DNA from: Adineta vaga
Taxonomy: Eukaryota > Animalia > Rotifera
Reading direction: 5' to 3'
DNA: 64,000 nt
Assembly: GCA_021613535.1 (NCBI GenBank)
Contig: CP075497.1
Location: forward strand, 3,038,001 to 3,102,000
Part shown: positions 15,201 through 30,700 of the stretch, piece by piece
Position numbering within the stretch: the first letter of the stretch is position 1
How the letters are laid out: each line of letters begins with the position of its first letter
Translations under genes and position numbers: made by a program
Notes under the pieces: model-generated
The model's database searches: none
What the model was told of the DNA's origin: nothing
The model's input: only the letters and a program-made list of their open reading frames with translations

Positions 15201-15715
15201 TCCATGACCATTGATAATCGGATGGAAATAGATAAACAACAAATAAGGAAATAAAAACAGTCGAAATGAGAACACCAGGTCCAGCAACTAAAATCGTTGT
15301 TATTAATTGTTGTTTAACAATATGAAAATGTGCATTAAATGATGCATCGAAAATAATTATTGGTAGAAAAATATAATAAATCAATCTTGGACTTATTTTA
15401 CTTAAATGAAGTTCACCTCGAAGAAAATCATCTTCACTAAATCGACCTTTGATTTGTGTGGCAATCGTACCAATAACAAAACCCAAAAGTAAAACAACAA
15501 TATAAAATGAAAGATTAATTCGATGATGAAGAAATTTAATAAAAAGTATTTTGCATAAACATGAAATTAATACCGCAGAGGAAAGAACGAGAATAATTGA
15601 ACCAGTTGATGATTCTTCACTAGTGCCCGTCTTATTCACAGATGAATTGTTGAAATCTAGAATTCATTAGTTTATCTACTGTATTCTATGTTTTATTTAA
15701 ATCATTACCTTCCAT
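12207..15715 (-). CDS. CPA1 Na+/H+ antiporter with C-terminal cyclic-nucleotide-binding-like domain (SOS1/NHX7-like architecture)
   Basis: Motifs FLPIIIFDASF, LSTTDPV, ESLLNDG and WSGLRG. A helical cytosolic domain is followed by a CNBD-like segment (PGEVLLRKG..AYLIVRGIVE). Probable start ATG GAA G at 15715, spliced to (D)FNNSSVNK. Confidence 0.88.
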
Positions 15716-18703
15716 TCACGATACTTCCACTATACTTCTTAGTTCTTGTAATATTTGTTTGTAGATTTTGTTTTAAACTTTATATAACAAAATTGTCATA
15801 ACTAATGCAATCATGCATGACTTGACAAACGATAATATCATTTTTACAGACAAGAAAAACTAAAAATGTGTTAGCAATTGATTCATACAATGATAAAAGA
15901 AGATTTCACACCTTTGCTTGAAAAAAAAGGTCCATAATGGTGCACTCAACGTCAAGATTTGATCCAATAGAAAGAGAAATCTATTCATCAATCTTTATTA
16001 GTTACTGTGTAAATGATTTTCATTTCGGCATAAAATATACTTTGAAACAATTCTCCTGTATCAAAATGAACAATTTGACATTTGATATAACAAAATGGCA
16101 ATGAATGAGTACCAAACATTGAGTTATGTATCTTGATCATGAATGGCGGACACAAAATCAAATTCGAGCATGTCATACTTCTTCACTCTGTATTCAGACA
16201 CGATCATACATCAATGTTAACACTTAGGCTTTAGTTTGATTTGATGCTTAATCAACTTGTCGATAGACAAAGATCGGTTGTAGATGTTGATGAAAGACAA
16301 ATTCATTCTTGTTGACCTGTAGCATCAGAACATGTGATAACATATTTCCGGGAAAATCATTGATTAAAATAGATTGTTGATGAAGAAGACATACATATAT
16401 TGTTCATCGAAAAGGAAAGAATGTGATTGAATGATATGCAGAAGTGTTCCTCCATCTTCTTCTTCTTCTTCTAAAGCTGAACATTCATTAGTGAGGGAAA
16501 CTAATATCAAGTGGTGCTGATAGTACTAACCATATGTTTGAAAATGTCGTGAATCTAAAACATGTTTGTATAATAAGGATAGCTTCCTTATTTTCTTTTT
16601 TTATTATTCAAAAATCTTATATATATATTGTTTTACTAAATATACTTTCAATCAATATTTATGAGTGAACACATGTATCAATGACAAGATGAATATTAGA
16701 CTATCTCATCAATCATAAGCAAATCTCAGATGTCACATTAGAAATCTAGATAGTGTATAAATGTCAATGACGATTTCATAGTTCATAATTAAATTACCAA
16801 TGTAAATTTAACTTCTTCTTTTTTTTCAAATATATCTAATTAGAGAATTGGTACAATCAAGAATTAACTAAAAAAAGAAATTTATCAAGCCAGATGTATT
16901 CTTTGTGAAGACAATATGCACTGTTATTCTTTCTATTGAGAGGATGATGACGATGAACTATAGGAATAATTTTTCATATGATCTATTTCTTTTCATTTAC
17001 TGCCATCGGTTATCATCATTGACCTCGAAACAATATTTTGACGATCAGTCATTCATTTGTTGAGAGGAAGACATGATAGTAAATTTTCTTCAAGAGACAT
17101 CGTTCTTCTTACATCAAACATTTATCTAAATTGTACTTGTTATAGAGACAATCGGCATGAACTATCATGAGAGATCATAATACATCAAGATTAGCTATTG
17201 CTCAAAAGAAGAAAAGAAATTGTTTCTACATCAATCTATTCAACAGTAAGAAAAGTCGGAATGTTTCATGCGAATCTTTGTATTTATTTATAATATCCTT
17301 CGTTAATCTCTATCTATTATAGAATGTCAGAGAAGTCATACCGTTCAAGATGCTTCCTAGCTGTGATCATTCGCATAGAGATATCGAATTTATCAACAAA
17401 CACTTCGTATGAGATGAGTAAAGAACAGTAATAGACTTAATAAACATTATTCATACTTCTCACGTTCGACATCGCAGATATATGTAGATGAAAGTGTGAC
17501 TGGACATCTGACAGTATGTGCACGACACGTTCAAGAAAAGATGGATGCTATTCGTACACTTGTAAGTAGTCATAATATTTATGACGTAATATCTTGGAAT
17601 TAAAGCACGATTTTCATGTAAGTCTAGAATAATAGGAACATTTCCTATCAAAATTAGTTATTCATTCTGTGCGTGCCGCATCCGATTGATTGAGCAATCT
17701 TTAATTTCTTCTTTATACATCAATCCATCCATTCGTCCATCTATCTATCTATCTTTATATCTATCAACTGAGATTGATATTTTTTTTTGCTTCTTGTCGC
17801 CTGTTCAATCGAATCTCACTTTTCCATGTATATATTTATATACACACACACGCACATATACATAAAACATCAACACAGAATAAGATAGATGAATCAATAT
17901 ATAGATACAAACAGTGATATAAAGAATGTCAGAAGCAGAAGAAGAAGAAAACGAGAGATTGCTAGAAAAATAATATTAGTTTCTTTCATTAGAATAACTT
18001 TTTCTTGTCTATGTTTATCATCATAGACATAATGACATTCTAATCATAATTCTTTCTCTTTTTTTGCTCTCTACTTTATTATGAACAACGATTTGAACCA
18101 TTTGCATATTTCAATAGTTAAATCAAATTACTAATGTAAGTATACCTAACTTGCTTAAATTCAATTCAATTCAAGTATCATGACCAAAACAAATAAATAT
18201 CATGATACTCACGAGAAAGAATGAATTCTTCTCTTTCATTTGACGTCAATATGACGAAAAGAAGAAGAAAAAAGAAAGAAGAAGAGGAGAAGAGACTTGA
18301 AAAAATTATGAACAGTAGTCGCGTCGCGAACATTGTAATGTTTGTCTTTGTCATTTGCTCCTTTATAGGTATATATATACATGCACATTGGCACATAACC
18401 ACGCATATAATCAAGCTGTGCACTCGATTAAATAACCGTGCAAACGATCATCGTATTACCACCAGCTCAAAGCTGATAAAGAGAGGGCGAGGCACCAGTA
18501 GAGCAGTTAAATCAATAGACCTACCAAGCACGACCATTAGGATACAAAATAAACGAGAGAAATAGAGACAGAGAGAAAAAAGCGGACGTATACCTGTTGA
18601 AAACGATTGAAAAGAATCTATTCAATTACGGGTCAACTGTAAACATACAATTGACATACTAAGAAAAATTACGGTTTGTCATTGTGTATTTATACATGGA
18701 TCG

Positions 18704-21700
18704 ATGAATGTGACAGAAAATTTAAGGTAAGTATATGTTCTCATAGCGCAATAGTTTATTCAAATGACTACTATTCATAATACGAAGTAAGAAGTATAAA
18801 AAATTATTCTTTCTTAGATATTATACACTACTATCGATATTGTCTTTGTGAGTAAGTCGTTTTTTTCCGCTTGAAAAGAGAAGTCTTTATATTGTTATTA
18901 TAGATTATTTTTTCTTTTTTGAAGATAGAAATTCATTTACATATTTTTTTTATTGAGTATTTGTTTCGTTATGTGATGCAACAAAGACTTAGTTCCAATC
19001 TATTTAAAGCATTCTTCTTTTGTCCCAGACGGTCAACTAGACAGACAGAGGTCAAATTGATGACACACGAGGACTTGTATTTCGAGAAATATACATCTAT
19101 TTTATCTTATTAGCTTGATTATTTCCTTTCTCTTGAACATGAATAATACTACTCCGCCTTTCCTCCTCATCTTCTTAAACAAATCACAATTCAAATGCTA
19201 ACAAAACACAATCAATGTTATGGCTTCTTTGACTCATCCATTTATATGTTCTCTATGATCGATGATGTACATCTGCTGCTTCATCATTTTCGTGAATGTT
19301 CATATTCTCGTTTTCACCCCATACATCCTTTTCCTTCATCATCATTTCCTAGTAAGTCTGAGATATCCATAATACAAAAAAAAGAACCTTTCAGATATTT
19401 TGCTTGTCAGATGGTTAACATCTCTTATAGTCTTTCTCTTCTTTTGTCTTATACTTTCATCTTACGACCAACGAATACAAACAAATCGATTAAAGCTTTC
19501 TTTATTATTATTATACAGTTGCTTTGTACTTCTGAATAAGTGCGTGTTGTTCTTGTAATCGGAGGATCAAGCACGTAATTATTGATTGTGGCTTTTGTTT
19601 ACAATTTACTGTATGAAGACGAGTTGGTGATCATTACTATAGTTTTGTATTCTAGATTAACATACACAAAAAAAGCTTCACTATTGAGTGACTATCGACG
19701 CGAACATATTTTATTCAATATCTCCTCTTCGAATCTTCTCAATCGAATAATACATTCCAAAAAAAAAGAGAGAAAGAAAGAAAGAATGGGTCTCAATGAT
19801 TCGAAAATAGCAAAGCATCTTCAAATATCATCTAACCGTAAGTAATTCAGTTTATACATATTCGTCTAAATAATCCGTATTAGAGAACAATATATGTAGA
19901 TCACTAAAAGTTTAGCGCATTAAGAAGAGGTTCGAATGACTACTGTTGAATAAATATTGGCATCTGTTTGAACGTTTCTTATAAGAATACATGTGGATTG
20001 TTGCACAATAAAACTTAGAGAATACGAGAACGAAGACAAACAATCAGCTAAATACACTCATTCTCGCCTACCCCGCTTTTTTTCTTATTATCTAACACAA
20101 TGAATATTTAAAAAAGTCAGTCACGAAAGCTCATAAATCATCGATTATATTATCGTCAAAGGACAAGGGTATGATGAATATAGAGAAATATAATCATATA
20201 AATGTTTTAAAAAATTTCAATTAGAATTAGTTAGAAAATGTCGTCAATTGTATTTATGGATTAATAGAAATATAATCGCACTCTTATGATAGTTACAATT
20301 CGCTCGTTTTATCTATGATGAAAGAAGATTTTCTTCTTCTAGTATTATCCCATTCTTGAAGTGCACTAGACATATTTATCTTTTTCTGGACGAGATGGAA
20401 AAATGTTAATCTTATATAGTGAAAGCAAATAGACCGAGATCGAGTTTATAATCAGATCATTGTTATGCTTTATATTGATCATCATCATCAATTGACCTCG
20501 AAATGCGTTGTTGTACATTTATTCTAGTGAATTATAAATTTTTGATAGACGGTCATCATGTTATTCCCTCTTCTTATGATTATTTGATCTTACTATTGAA
20601 TATATAAAAGACGATGCGGGCGTGTTTGTCACCGGACTCTGTGTGCGTGCCACTACAAATACACACGTCTATAGACATTCGTTTGTGTATGTGTAATAGA
20701 ACTTTCAAACACTTGAGGGCGCTCAACCAACTGCTCGCATGTTGTATGTTCTAGTCTCTTTTAATCTTTTCTTTCTTTCTTTCTTTCTCTCTCTCTCCCT
20801 CACTTTCCTTCTTTTGCTCAGTTTGGTGACACTTCATGTTGAAACAATGAGAGCCGCCGCCGCCGCCACTACTATCGCCATCAACATCATCATCATCATT
20901 GACTATTTTCAGTAGAGCGACAAATTACTTTGACGGCGGGTGACCAGCCCTTCTCTAAGACGATTCATGATGATATTTCTCATGCAGTACATATATGTAC
21001 ACTGTGGTCAAGTGAACAACAGAAAGAACAAGAACGAATCTTCGATAGCTGTAATTGACTTTGGCAGATGTCCACATTCTCTTCGTTGTACCCTATTACT
21101 CTCGCGTTGATCATTTAATACTCATGTATGTCTGCGTGTGTGTGTGTTCAAATTAGTTTGACCACATGTCCATGTATGATGCTACTGTTTATATTGTCGA
21201 TGCTTTCGTCTTCTTATTCTCTTTGTCTTTTACTGTTGTAAGTAGTTTCTTTAACAGCTGACGACCTTCATCACGAGACAATTCTATTACATTTCTTCAG
21301 CTTGGTCTATCCTAAATTACTCTCCATATATATCTATATATCTATACTATTGGAAGACGGATATTGAATATATGTAGAAAAAAGACGATTGCATTAGTGT
21401 AGTTCAACACGCACGTTTTCTTCTTTCTATGTTTTCCACTGTTTCTCTGTCTCTCTTCTTCTGTCGATCATTTTTCTATCGGATGAGGAAACTTGAAATA
21501 TCAGCATGTGATTTTGCGTTAATGATGCGGTAGATAGCTATATTGATAGTATAGAAATAGAAGGAAAACTGCGGAACCTTATTTTGTCGTAATCAAATTC
21601 AATTGGGGAAATAGAGTGAGTAAGTGAATAAGCACGAGTTGACAAACGCTTGTTATTATGGAATAATGATAAAAAACTACGCATTCTGATTTTTCCCTTC

Positions 21701-24700
21701 TTTTATTCGACATCATCATCATCTATCAATTACGTCTTTTGACTGCAGTGTACACGTATACAACGTTTAAGAGGCGGAGATCACTAGTTTCCGCCCAATA
21801 CATATATGTATATTTGCATCTCTCACGTTTGACCAATTTTATATTACTATTCTTCATTCTAACAACTTCTATTATAGACGCTTGAATTTTTATCATCATA
21901 TATAATCTCTACGTAACGCATTTCAAATCTTGATCATTAGTATGACTCTCGTTGTTTTCGCTTCAAATACGTTTCAATATAAAGTTATCAGTGTGAAATA
22001 GACAGACGTGTTTATTAGTTAGATTCTTACAATAGATATAAATATAAATCATACTGATCAGTAAATTGTAAATAATGAAAGTCGATCAGACGACAAAACC
22101 GACAATGGCAGACGACAATATTTGGGTATTAAGAAATTCATCCTCATACCAACAACAACGACGATTAAAACAAGGTAACAACAAAAATCCTCATCTTCCT
22201 CTCATGAGTGTGTGTGTGTGTGTTCTTGTGTATTAATATAATAACCTTGCCATGATGATTTCTGTATAATTCAATAGAAAATGTTATTTATAACTAGCTA
22301 AAAGAAATCCTTGAACATCTTCCTTATTCTCTGCGATAGAAATTATTCTAAACTGACATTTACAACAAAAACTAATCGTGATAATATGATAAACAAAATA
22401 GTTTTGACTGATTAGACATGTATTCGTAGTTTAAATAATCGTTCTTATTAAATTTACGTTGATCAAATGACAGCCAAACAACAATGGTTAGTTCTCCTTA
22501 TCACAAAAGAAGAAAAAAACATGACTATTGAAATTGCTTTTGGCGTAGATGACTTTCAACTTCCATACTTCGTTGATTTGACAGTAAGAGAACATTTAAT
22601 AGGATACTCAGATGTATTGAAGAAAACCTATTTAGATGTCATCGATAAGATGTTCGACATCGTATGCTAGTTTTTTTTCCGTTATATACACAATATATCG
22701 ATAGATGTGAACTCCATTAAAGAATAATGAGTAATTGTCAATTCCTAGCCAGCTGCAAAGCATCTTTCTTCTTTGTATTTTCTCGAACAAAACGAGAATG
22801 ACCGATGATGGTAATGATGATCGATAGATTTCCTTTCTTCTTCTTCGTCGTCTTTTTATTTTTATTTTAACACATCATCCATTTTCAATCTCAACTTGTT
22901 GGACATTTTCCCTCCCACTTCATATGTACATGTTTGCAAGCAAAGAAATGAACATTTGTTCAAGTGAATAAAACAACGACGATGCTTATCGTATATATAG
23001 AGTTGTCGTTCTCGTTATCTTTCTTGCTCTCTGTCTGTCTCTTTGATTATTCGATGTCTTAAGTAAAAAAAAACACTTTTCAAAGAAAGAACGATGTCTG
23101 TGACAAACTAAAGAAAAGAGAAACGAAAGACGCCAGATAGATCAGAATATGATTAGATCAACCGTTGTCGTCAATGTTTTGTGAACTATAAACAATTCCA
23201 ACGAGAGACATTCTAATACGTTTTGTTAAACAATTTACAAAAGAAAATCAGAGAGTAACAACTGGGTAAGAAGACACAAATGTACATCTGGTCATTGAAT
23301 CAGTGAGGTGAATTATTTATATTGTATAGTGACTACAACATGGCCACTTTAACTGATTAGAATCGACAGTGAGAGAAAGAGAGACGAGAGAAAAGGTGTG
23401 ACAAAAAATGAATTGAGAAAGAGAGTAAAAAGAAAGTTGAACTGTTGGACATATATGCAAACAGAGACAAAAAAAGAGAGAGAATAGATAAGAAGTAAAG
23501 TGTAGTACAGTTGTGATCATTTGTAAAGTATCTTTCTTTACATATCATCACTCGTTATGTTCTCAGCATTGGCTGATCGATTTTCTGTTGCACGATCACT
23601 CGATAATCTTGTTGCCAGTGGACGAATGTCATGTACATCGACAGGTAGACTATTTTAACTATTTTCATTTTTTTGTGAATTTTAGTTTAAGAAAAAGCAA
23701 AACACATCATCATTTTCTCTTTCCCATGAGAATACTATCGTTTTTCTTTATTTCCGATTTAATGCCATCATCATTATCGGCGGCTTTATTTCACATTTTC
23801 AAAGAATCTATTTTGATTATTTTCAATAATCATGACAATCCTAAGTGCTATTTTTGTCCCAGTGATCATATATAATCATAATGGATATTTCTGTCATATG
23901 TAAGGGTTGAAAAGTAAAGAATTATGTCATGACTTCTATTTTCAAGATATACTTTTCATATCGATGATTCGAGTATATGTGAGATGAAAATATCTGAGTG
24001 AACTGATGCAAATTTGCGATCGTGAGTATCATTGATTGATTAATCTATTGAGTAATTAACTTAAAATGTGTCGTTGACGTGTTTAGAAAGCTACCGAAGA
24101 AAAAAATAGATTGAAAGTAATCGACACGTTGATTGAGTTGAAAGAAGAATGAGAATGTGATTGATAACATCCATTATTTTTACTAGATATCGATCTTTAA
24201 TGGATACATGTATTTAAGAAAGAATGAAAGAGAAAAAACCTGAAGAAAAATATTGGCACTTTGTGTGACAAAACAAATGACCTTGCGGCAGTTGTCATCG
24301 ATTGTACACGCACCCAAGGTCACATGATTGTGGGCATACATTCGCTCATGTCTTTAATCTTGTTCAATAAATCCTCAACGATCATGCGACACGAATGTCC
24401 ATACAATATTTTTCTTTCTTCTTTGCGTCCGGCATTCCTGTACACACAACATTGATTGATTAGATGAGGGAATGAGATTCGTCACCCTTCGTGCCCTGCC
24501 CTATTCTTTCCATACTTTCTCTGCCATCTCTATACAATTCGCATCGTCGTCGTCTTCGTCTCTCTCTCTCTCTACCTCCCTCCCTTCTCTTCCAAAAAAA
24601 TCTATACAATTTTTTCGTTCGATGACACGAGAGAGAGAGAGAGAGAACGAAGCGAAAGAGAGAAAAAAGAAGAATGGAAATTTGAACATTTGATGCATTT

Positions 24701-27700
24701 ATAAACGAAATGAGAAATGCGTGATAGACATTTTCAAAATCATTAGAATTTAATAAGCATGAAAAGATATCTATTCTGCTTATTAATTATTGTTATTTGA
24801 AAAAGAAATCAACTAAGAAAAATATGACAACAAATAATCATAGTATTGATTCAGTGAAAAAAATTTATGATCATGTTTGGCACTGGATTGTCAAACAGAC
24901 TTATGAAAGTAAGTAGAATTTCGATAATTTCTTTTTTGTTAATTGTTCAAATTCTATTCATTGATTTAATCGATGATGCAAGAATTTTATAAAGTTCATT
25001 GTATGTGCTCGACGCGTGTGTGAGTATCAGATTTCATAGTAGTTCATGTACCACAAACGTATATCAGTACTTAGTAAATAGAGTTTTACTTCATCATTTT
25101 ATTTTTAAGTCAATCCCTCGTCTTTATTCTTTTTCTCTTCATTACGTTTTGTTACTACCTCATATCAATGGCCTCATACATAACAGTAGGTAGTATCGTA
25201 AACCTGCGTCTTCTTTAGTTTCTTCTCTCTCTCTTTCTGTAGTGTTTATAGATCTCTCAGTAGGCGAAAAATCGATGCAAGTAATAATGATAAGTTCAAT
25301 GAATAAATCTTGAGAGAAGATTGTCATAAACCGATTCTGAGGAAATTACTTTTATAGTCTTTATTTCCTCACCTTGAACAAGACTAGAGTAACTCGTTAA
25401 CATGCTGTCCGTACAGACGTACAACATGTAACAGCAGTTTAGTAACAAAATGAAGAAGAAGAAGAAGAAGAAACGTTTCAAGTATCGACCTTTATTCTTT
25501 CAGGATGACAACGAACTTCAAAGAGTAATGCATACAATGTGAGAAGGTTATATATATATTTGAGAATAAATATATAATAGACAGATGTGAAGAGCTATGT
25601 TATTCCTTTTGTTTCGGAATTATATAAGATTATTCAAGTTTACAGACACACCTACTCATTGTTTACTTATTCAATTTCATTTAAAAACGATTGAGTGTCA
25701 ATGATACATAGCTTCATTTACCTTCCGTAAAGCTTTTACTTGTGATTTAGTAGTTTGAAGAAAAATGTGTTGAAGAATCTTGACAAGTGTTTATGTTTGT
25801 ATTTTAACATCTGTTACTTTTAAAACTAACATCCTACATTTATACACTTGAAATTTGTATAGAAGTATTATTCAAAAGAATTTCCATGTGAAAAGAAAAT
25901 AATCGAATGTGTCTAATTGTATTAGATCTTATCTGGTGATTGAATCTTTGGGGAAACTTTGTTGCTGTTTAGTTCGATCTTATCGTTTTGAACGACGCGC
26001 ATGTGTCGCCTCGATCAGAACAAAAAGGAAATGGCAATGAATGCTATTTTCTTTGTCAGCAGTGTATATAGGTTATTATCTTAGTGGCCGGTCCGTTTCC
26101 TTTTCATGATAGTTACTCATTTGTATAAAATGCTCAATTTTCTCACGCAAACATTCTTACATCATCTTTTTTCTATTAAATGTCTATTCTTCTTTGATTT
26201 TTCCTTCTAGTCACAGATTCACCCATCAATTCAACCAATATCAACAATAGAAAAACTAAAACAAATGGAATAGATCATTGTCAACAAACGAAATCTTGTC
26301 AAAATATGAAATGTATTATTTCACCTAAACAAACTTTAATCCCGCAAACAAAACGCATCACTGCAGATTATTCTGATATGGAACGAAATAATATTTATGC
26401 AGAAACACCACCAAAAACAAAACCTACTTCAACATCAATATCTCCTCCAACATTAGTCAATGGTACAAGCCATTATATGCCTATTCTTCAGCAACAGCAG
26501 CAACAACGACGACCACCACCACCACCACAACAACAACCACAGCCACCTTCAAATAATACACGAAGTGCAAATACGATGTCAAATTCGTCGATGTCATCCT
26601 TTTCCACAGCCACATCTTCATCACAATCAACAACTCCATCAAATTCATTTCGTCATGATGCAACATCAATTATGACACGTTCTGCTGATGCATCATCATC
26701 GTGTGGATTAGTAACACAAACAAAAAACGGAACAAATAATATCAAATCAAAGTCAACATATGATATTGATACAGCAATACCAGATCGATCAAAACAACAA
26801 ATCAAAGGAGAAAACTTAAATAATAATAATAATAATAATAATAGTAAATGTTTAAATTCAATGACAAATGGAAATTTTGTTCCATTACAAGTTGTTAAAG
26901 AAGATGAATGTTTGGAAGTTGATCCTGATCGTAATCAACAATGTTCTAAGGTATATTCAATCGTTTTCTTATGACCTTCATCGAAGTAGAAAATCAGATC
27001 CAATTTCAATAAAGAAAAGAAAATAGTTGTTAGAAGAGATGAAATAGGCACTAGAGAAATCTTTTCTCGCTGAAAGATCTCTTGGGAAAAGTCATTAGTC
27101 TTTGGTTATGAATGGCTAAAGATTTTTTTTTCAATTAATAATGCACTCTTGACAAAATGAAAGCAATGATAGGAAACAAAATCTTCTGAAAATGACATTT
27201 TATCTAAACTGAAAGTTTACTGATCAAAATCATCTTCTAATTATTTGATTCCTTAGAAAAAAAGTCTGCTCTTTCTTTTCCTTTGAATTACTTCGATTCT
27301 ATCTATACACATTTGTCTTTGTTTCTTTGGCACTAATAGTGGTTAGCCACCAAGATAAAAGACACTCGAGGGGACGGTCAGACATTGACTGACTGTCTGC
27401 CTCATGTGTTCATACACCGTCCATTTATTTTGTTGTAGTCAGTTCAATAATACTTTGACTCCTTTGATTATTGTCGTTATGTTCAGCTTCCCGATATATT
27501 CTTTGTTCTTTCTCTCTCTCTCTCCTTCTTTCTTTTTGACTATTATTCTATGTTGCTTCGACCTCTGCTGTGTATGTTGTATATATGGCATTAGTAGTTG
27601 ATGCCATGCTCCGGCAATTGTATATGCACATATATGCATGTATATATATATATATATTGTCATTCTGATCGTTTCTTCTTTATTCATCATTATTTGTTAC

Positions 27701-30700
27701 TGTTCAATATGAAAGAAGAATCAATGAATATTGAGTTTTCTCTCTCCTTTTCTTTGTATTGTTTCCTTTGAGATCGAGAAGATAGAAATGAAAGAAATGA
27801 AGTGTCGATAGTACTCGTTAATTTGAAATTGATCATCGTCATCAAGATGTCTGTCACTCCGTTTTGTCTCTTTTTCCTTGTTTGATTTAGATGCACGTTT
27901 GTACGTTCTCTCTTTTTTTCGCCGCATTATCATTTTTTTGTGAAAAGATGATTGTCTTGTCTGACCGAGATTTACTTGAACGAGTCGTCCGTTTCTAACT
28001 AATATGAATGTAGTAAGAGGAGAAAGAAGAAGAGAAAAAAAAGAAGGAAAGAAAAAATATAAGTAGAAGCAGCCTGTAGACACGAGGCGGCGAGTTCATA
28101 TGATGTGTTAGTTATAAACGACAAGCGCGAGTCAAAGTATTAGAAGTAGCAATTCTAATTCAACGTCGGAAATCATTGTTATTAGTATTTTTCATATGAA
28201 CCAATGATGAAGGTAAAACGAAAGAACGAGAAGTGTTAGCCTCTAGAGAAATCTAAATGAAAATTGTAGTTACAATTGAATACAAATATTATCATTGATA
28301 GATAGTAACTATCTTGTTATGAATACCAATCATGAGAAACAAAGTACCTTTACTTGTTCCACACGATTTGTTGAAGGTTTTATTACTATATTTTATCAGT
28401 GTCAGCCATCCGAATGAAATCATCAGTAATTTTTTTTGCCCAACGGGCAACGACTCTAACAAGAACGGAAGAGAACTTGAACACATTCATACATAGTTAA
28501 AGTAAGGCATACAGAAAAAGAGCGAGAGAGAGAGAGAAGGAGATCTATTAAGGAACCATCCTCATCAAATGATTGATTTGCGTGTGTTTACTACATATAT
28601 CTATTGCATAATATAGTACACATATCCAACTTATAAGATGAGGCTTCAGTGGACATCTGAGTCGAGTGAATAAGTGAGAGAAGATAGACATAGTACTCGA
28701 AAATGCAACTCGAACCTCAGATTGTATGAATGATTGTCTGAAGGCAATGAATATATAGAGGAGGGGAGGTAGATATGAATCTATAAGGATAATAATCATG
28801 TAGCTGTAAAAAGAAATTAATCGGATTGTTTGAGTATGTAAGTAAGTATGAGAAGAGGATTTTCTCTTTTTTGCTCTCTCTCTCTCTCTGCCTCTTCCTT
28901 TTCTCGTTTTCTTTTGGCTAGAGCTTGTTTGATTAGTCTTACTTAGCTATTGGTTACATATCTATCTTTACATATTAATTTACAGAATGGTGATGAACAA
29001 CAACGTATGTTGATCGACATACTCAAACAAAAATATCCACGACAGCATGTTTCATCATCATCCTCATCAGCTGTATCGACACCAATGATGGTAAAAACTA
29101 TCAATTCATTATCAGACTAAAACACTGACATGTTTCGTTTTATAGCCACGTACAAATTCACCTCATCATCGTTCATCATCAACTGATCCAACTGATGAAG
29201 AATTAACAACAAGTATGACAAATGGTTAGATAGACAAGATTTACAATTTCAGATGAAAATTTCAATTAAATCTTAATATACTCTTAGGTTTTATTCGTGG
29301 TCAACGTAATCGTTCAAGTTTGCCCTTTATCATTAAACCTGCATCGAATATTTCGAAATCGAATTCACTTGGTAAAATTTAATGAGATGATTTAATTAAA
29401 AATATATCGAAACGAATCTATTGGCTTCTTTTTAGGTCTCTGCTTTTTAATTTGTGGTGATGAAACAAAAAAAGTTCTTCTCCCATCCTATATTTCGTGC
29501 ATAGATACACTTAAAGCATTATTTGTTCGGTAAGTTTTCTTTCTTTTTTTTTCAACAGTTTCTCATTAACATAGATAAAGCCGATAGGGCTGAGAGAAGG
29601 AAGAAATGAATGATTATAAAGAAAAGGATTGTGTTCATCCGGTTTTAAATCACGAGATTCTCTTTTCTTCTTCTTCTTCTTCTTATTCATTGTCTTTATT
29701 TGAAGAGCATTTCCGCAACATCTAACTATGAAACATATGGACACCGACGATGTACGAATCTATATACGTGAACCGGATAAAGATCTATTTTATCAATTAG
29801 AAGATATGCGGTAAAATGTCATTGAAATGTCAATCATGTCTAAGACAATTTTCTCTATATAGTGATGTCAAAGATCGTTCCGTCCTCAAAGTTGTTCAAC
29901 TGCATAATAATAATAATAATAATTCTAAACCACAAGTTTCCTTTAAAGAACCAGAGTCAGATGAATTATCAATTTATGTACCATTTACATCACGTCCAAC
30001 ATTAGCAAGTGAAATAACTTATCAACGTCTAAGTCGCCTTGGTCGTATGCCATCAACAACATCAGTGTTATCAACATCAAGAAACGGTTCAATTGAAGAT
30101 AAATCGTCATCATCTGTTCTTACTAATTCACAAATATCATCAAACTCAACATCATCACGTTCTCTAAGTGAACCAAGGCGTCGAATCAACAATAATGACA
30201 CTACATCTACTGCTAATAATCAAACACATACAAATTCTAATTCATTAGGTCAGTTGAAAATAGTCTAATATGTCTGTATTATATGCTTTATTGTCTAGCG
30301 CCAAAGGGTATACTCACATCACCCAGAAGTGGTTCAACAACGCCGACAACAGTTCGATTCAATGATGATGATGCTCAGTAATAATGAATATAAATTCATT
30401 TCTTTTTCTTTTATGTTAAATCAAACTAATTATAAATTTTAGAAGTAAAATGATCTGGATGGAAAAACAACTGGACTCGTTGACAGAATTAGTAAAAGAA
30501 TTAACACGTGAACGTACATTAAATGAACAAAAATTGTCAAAAAGAACAGATGTATATAAAGGTATTTAAATGTAAAAATATTCTTTCGTAATCCTTTGCT
30601 GTATTGACTGATTACTAAAAAAAAGAAATCTACGTCGAACAACAATGAGAGTTAGTACCCCTTTGGGTTATCGATTCATTTTTAGTTGATGATGTCATTT

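Noticed and set aside
12207-15715. Naming the antiporter SLC9C1
   Set aside because: No voltage-sensing domain is visible, and orthology needs a phylogeny.
16000-26200. Many 60-120 aa ORFs in the long low-complexity region
   Set aside because: They derive from GA/CT and AT microsatellites and have no motifs. The region is better explained as promoters and introns of the SKT-like gene. No tRNA or rRNA was recognised.
27098-27124. TCTTTGGTTAT, matching the start of miR-9, in a small hairpin
   Set aside because: The match stops after 11 nt and the hairpin is far too short for a pre-miRNA.
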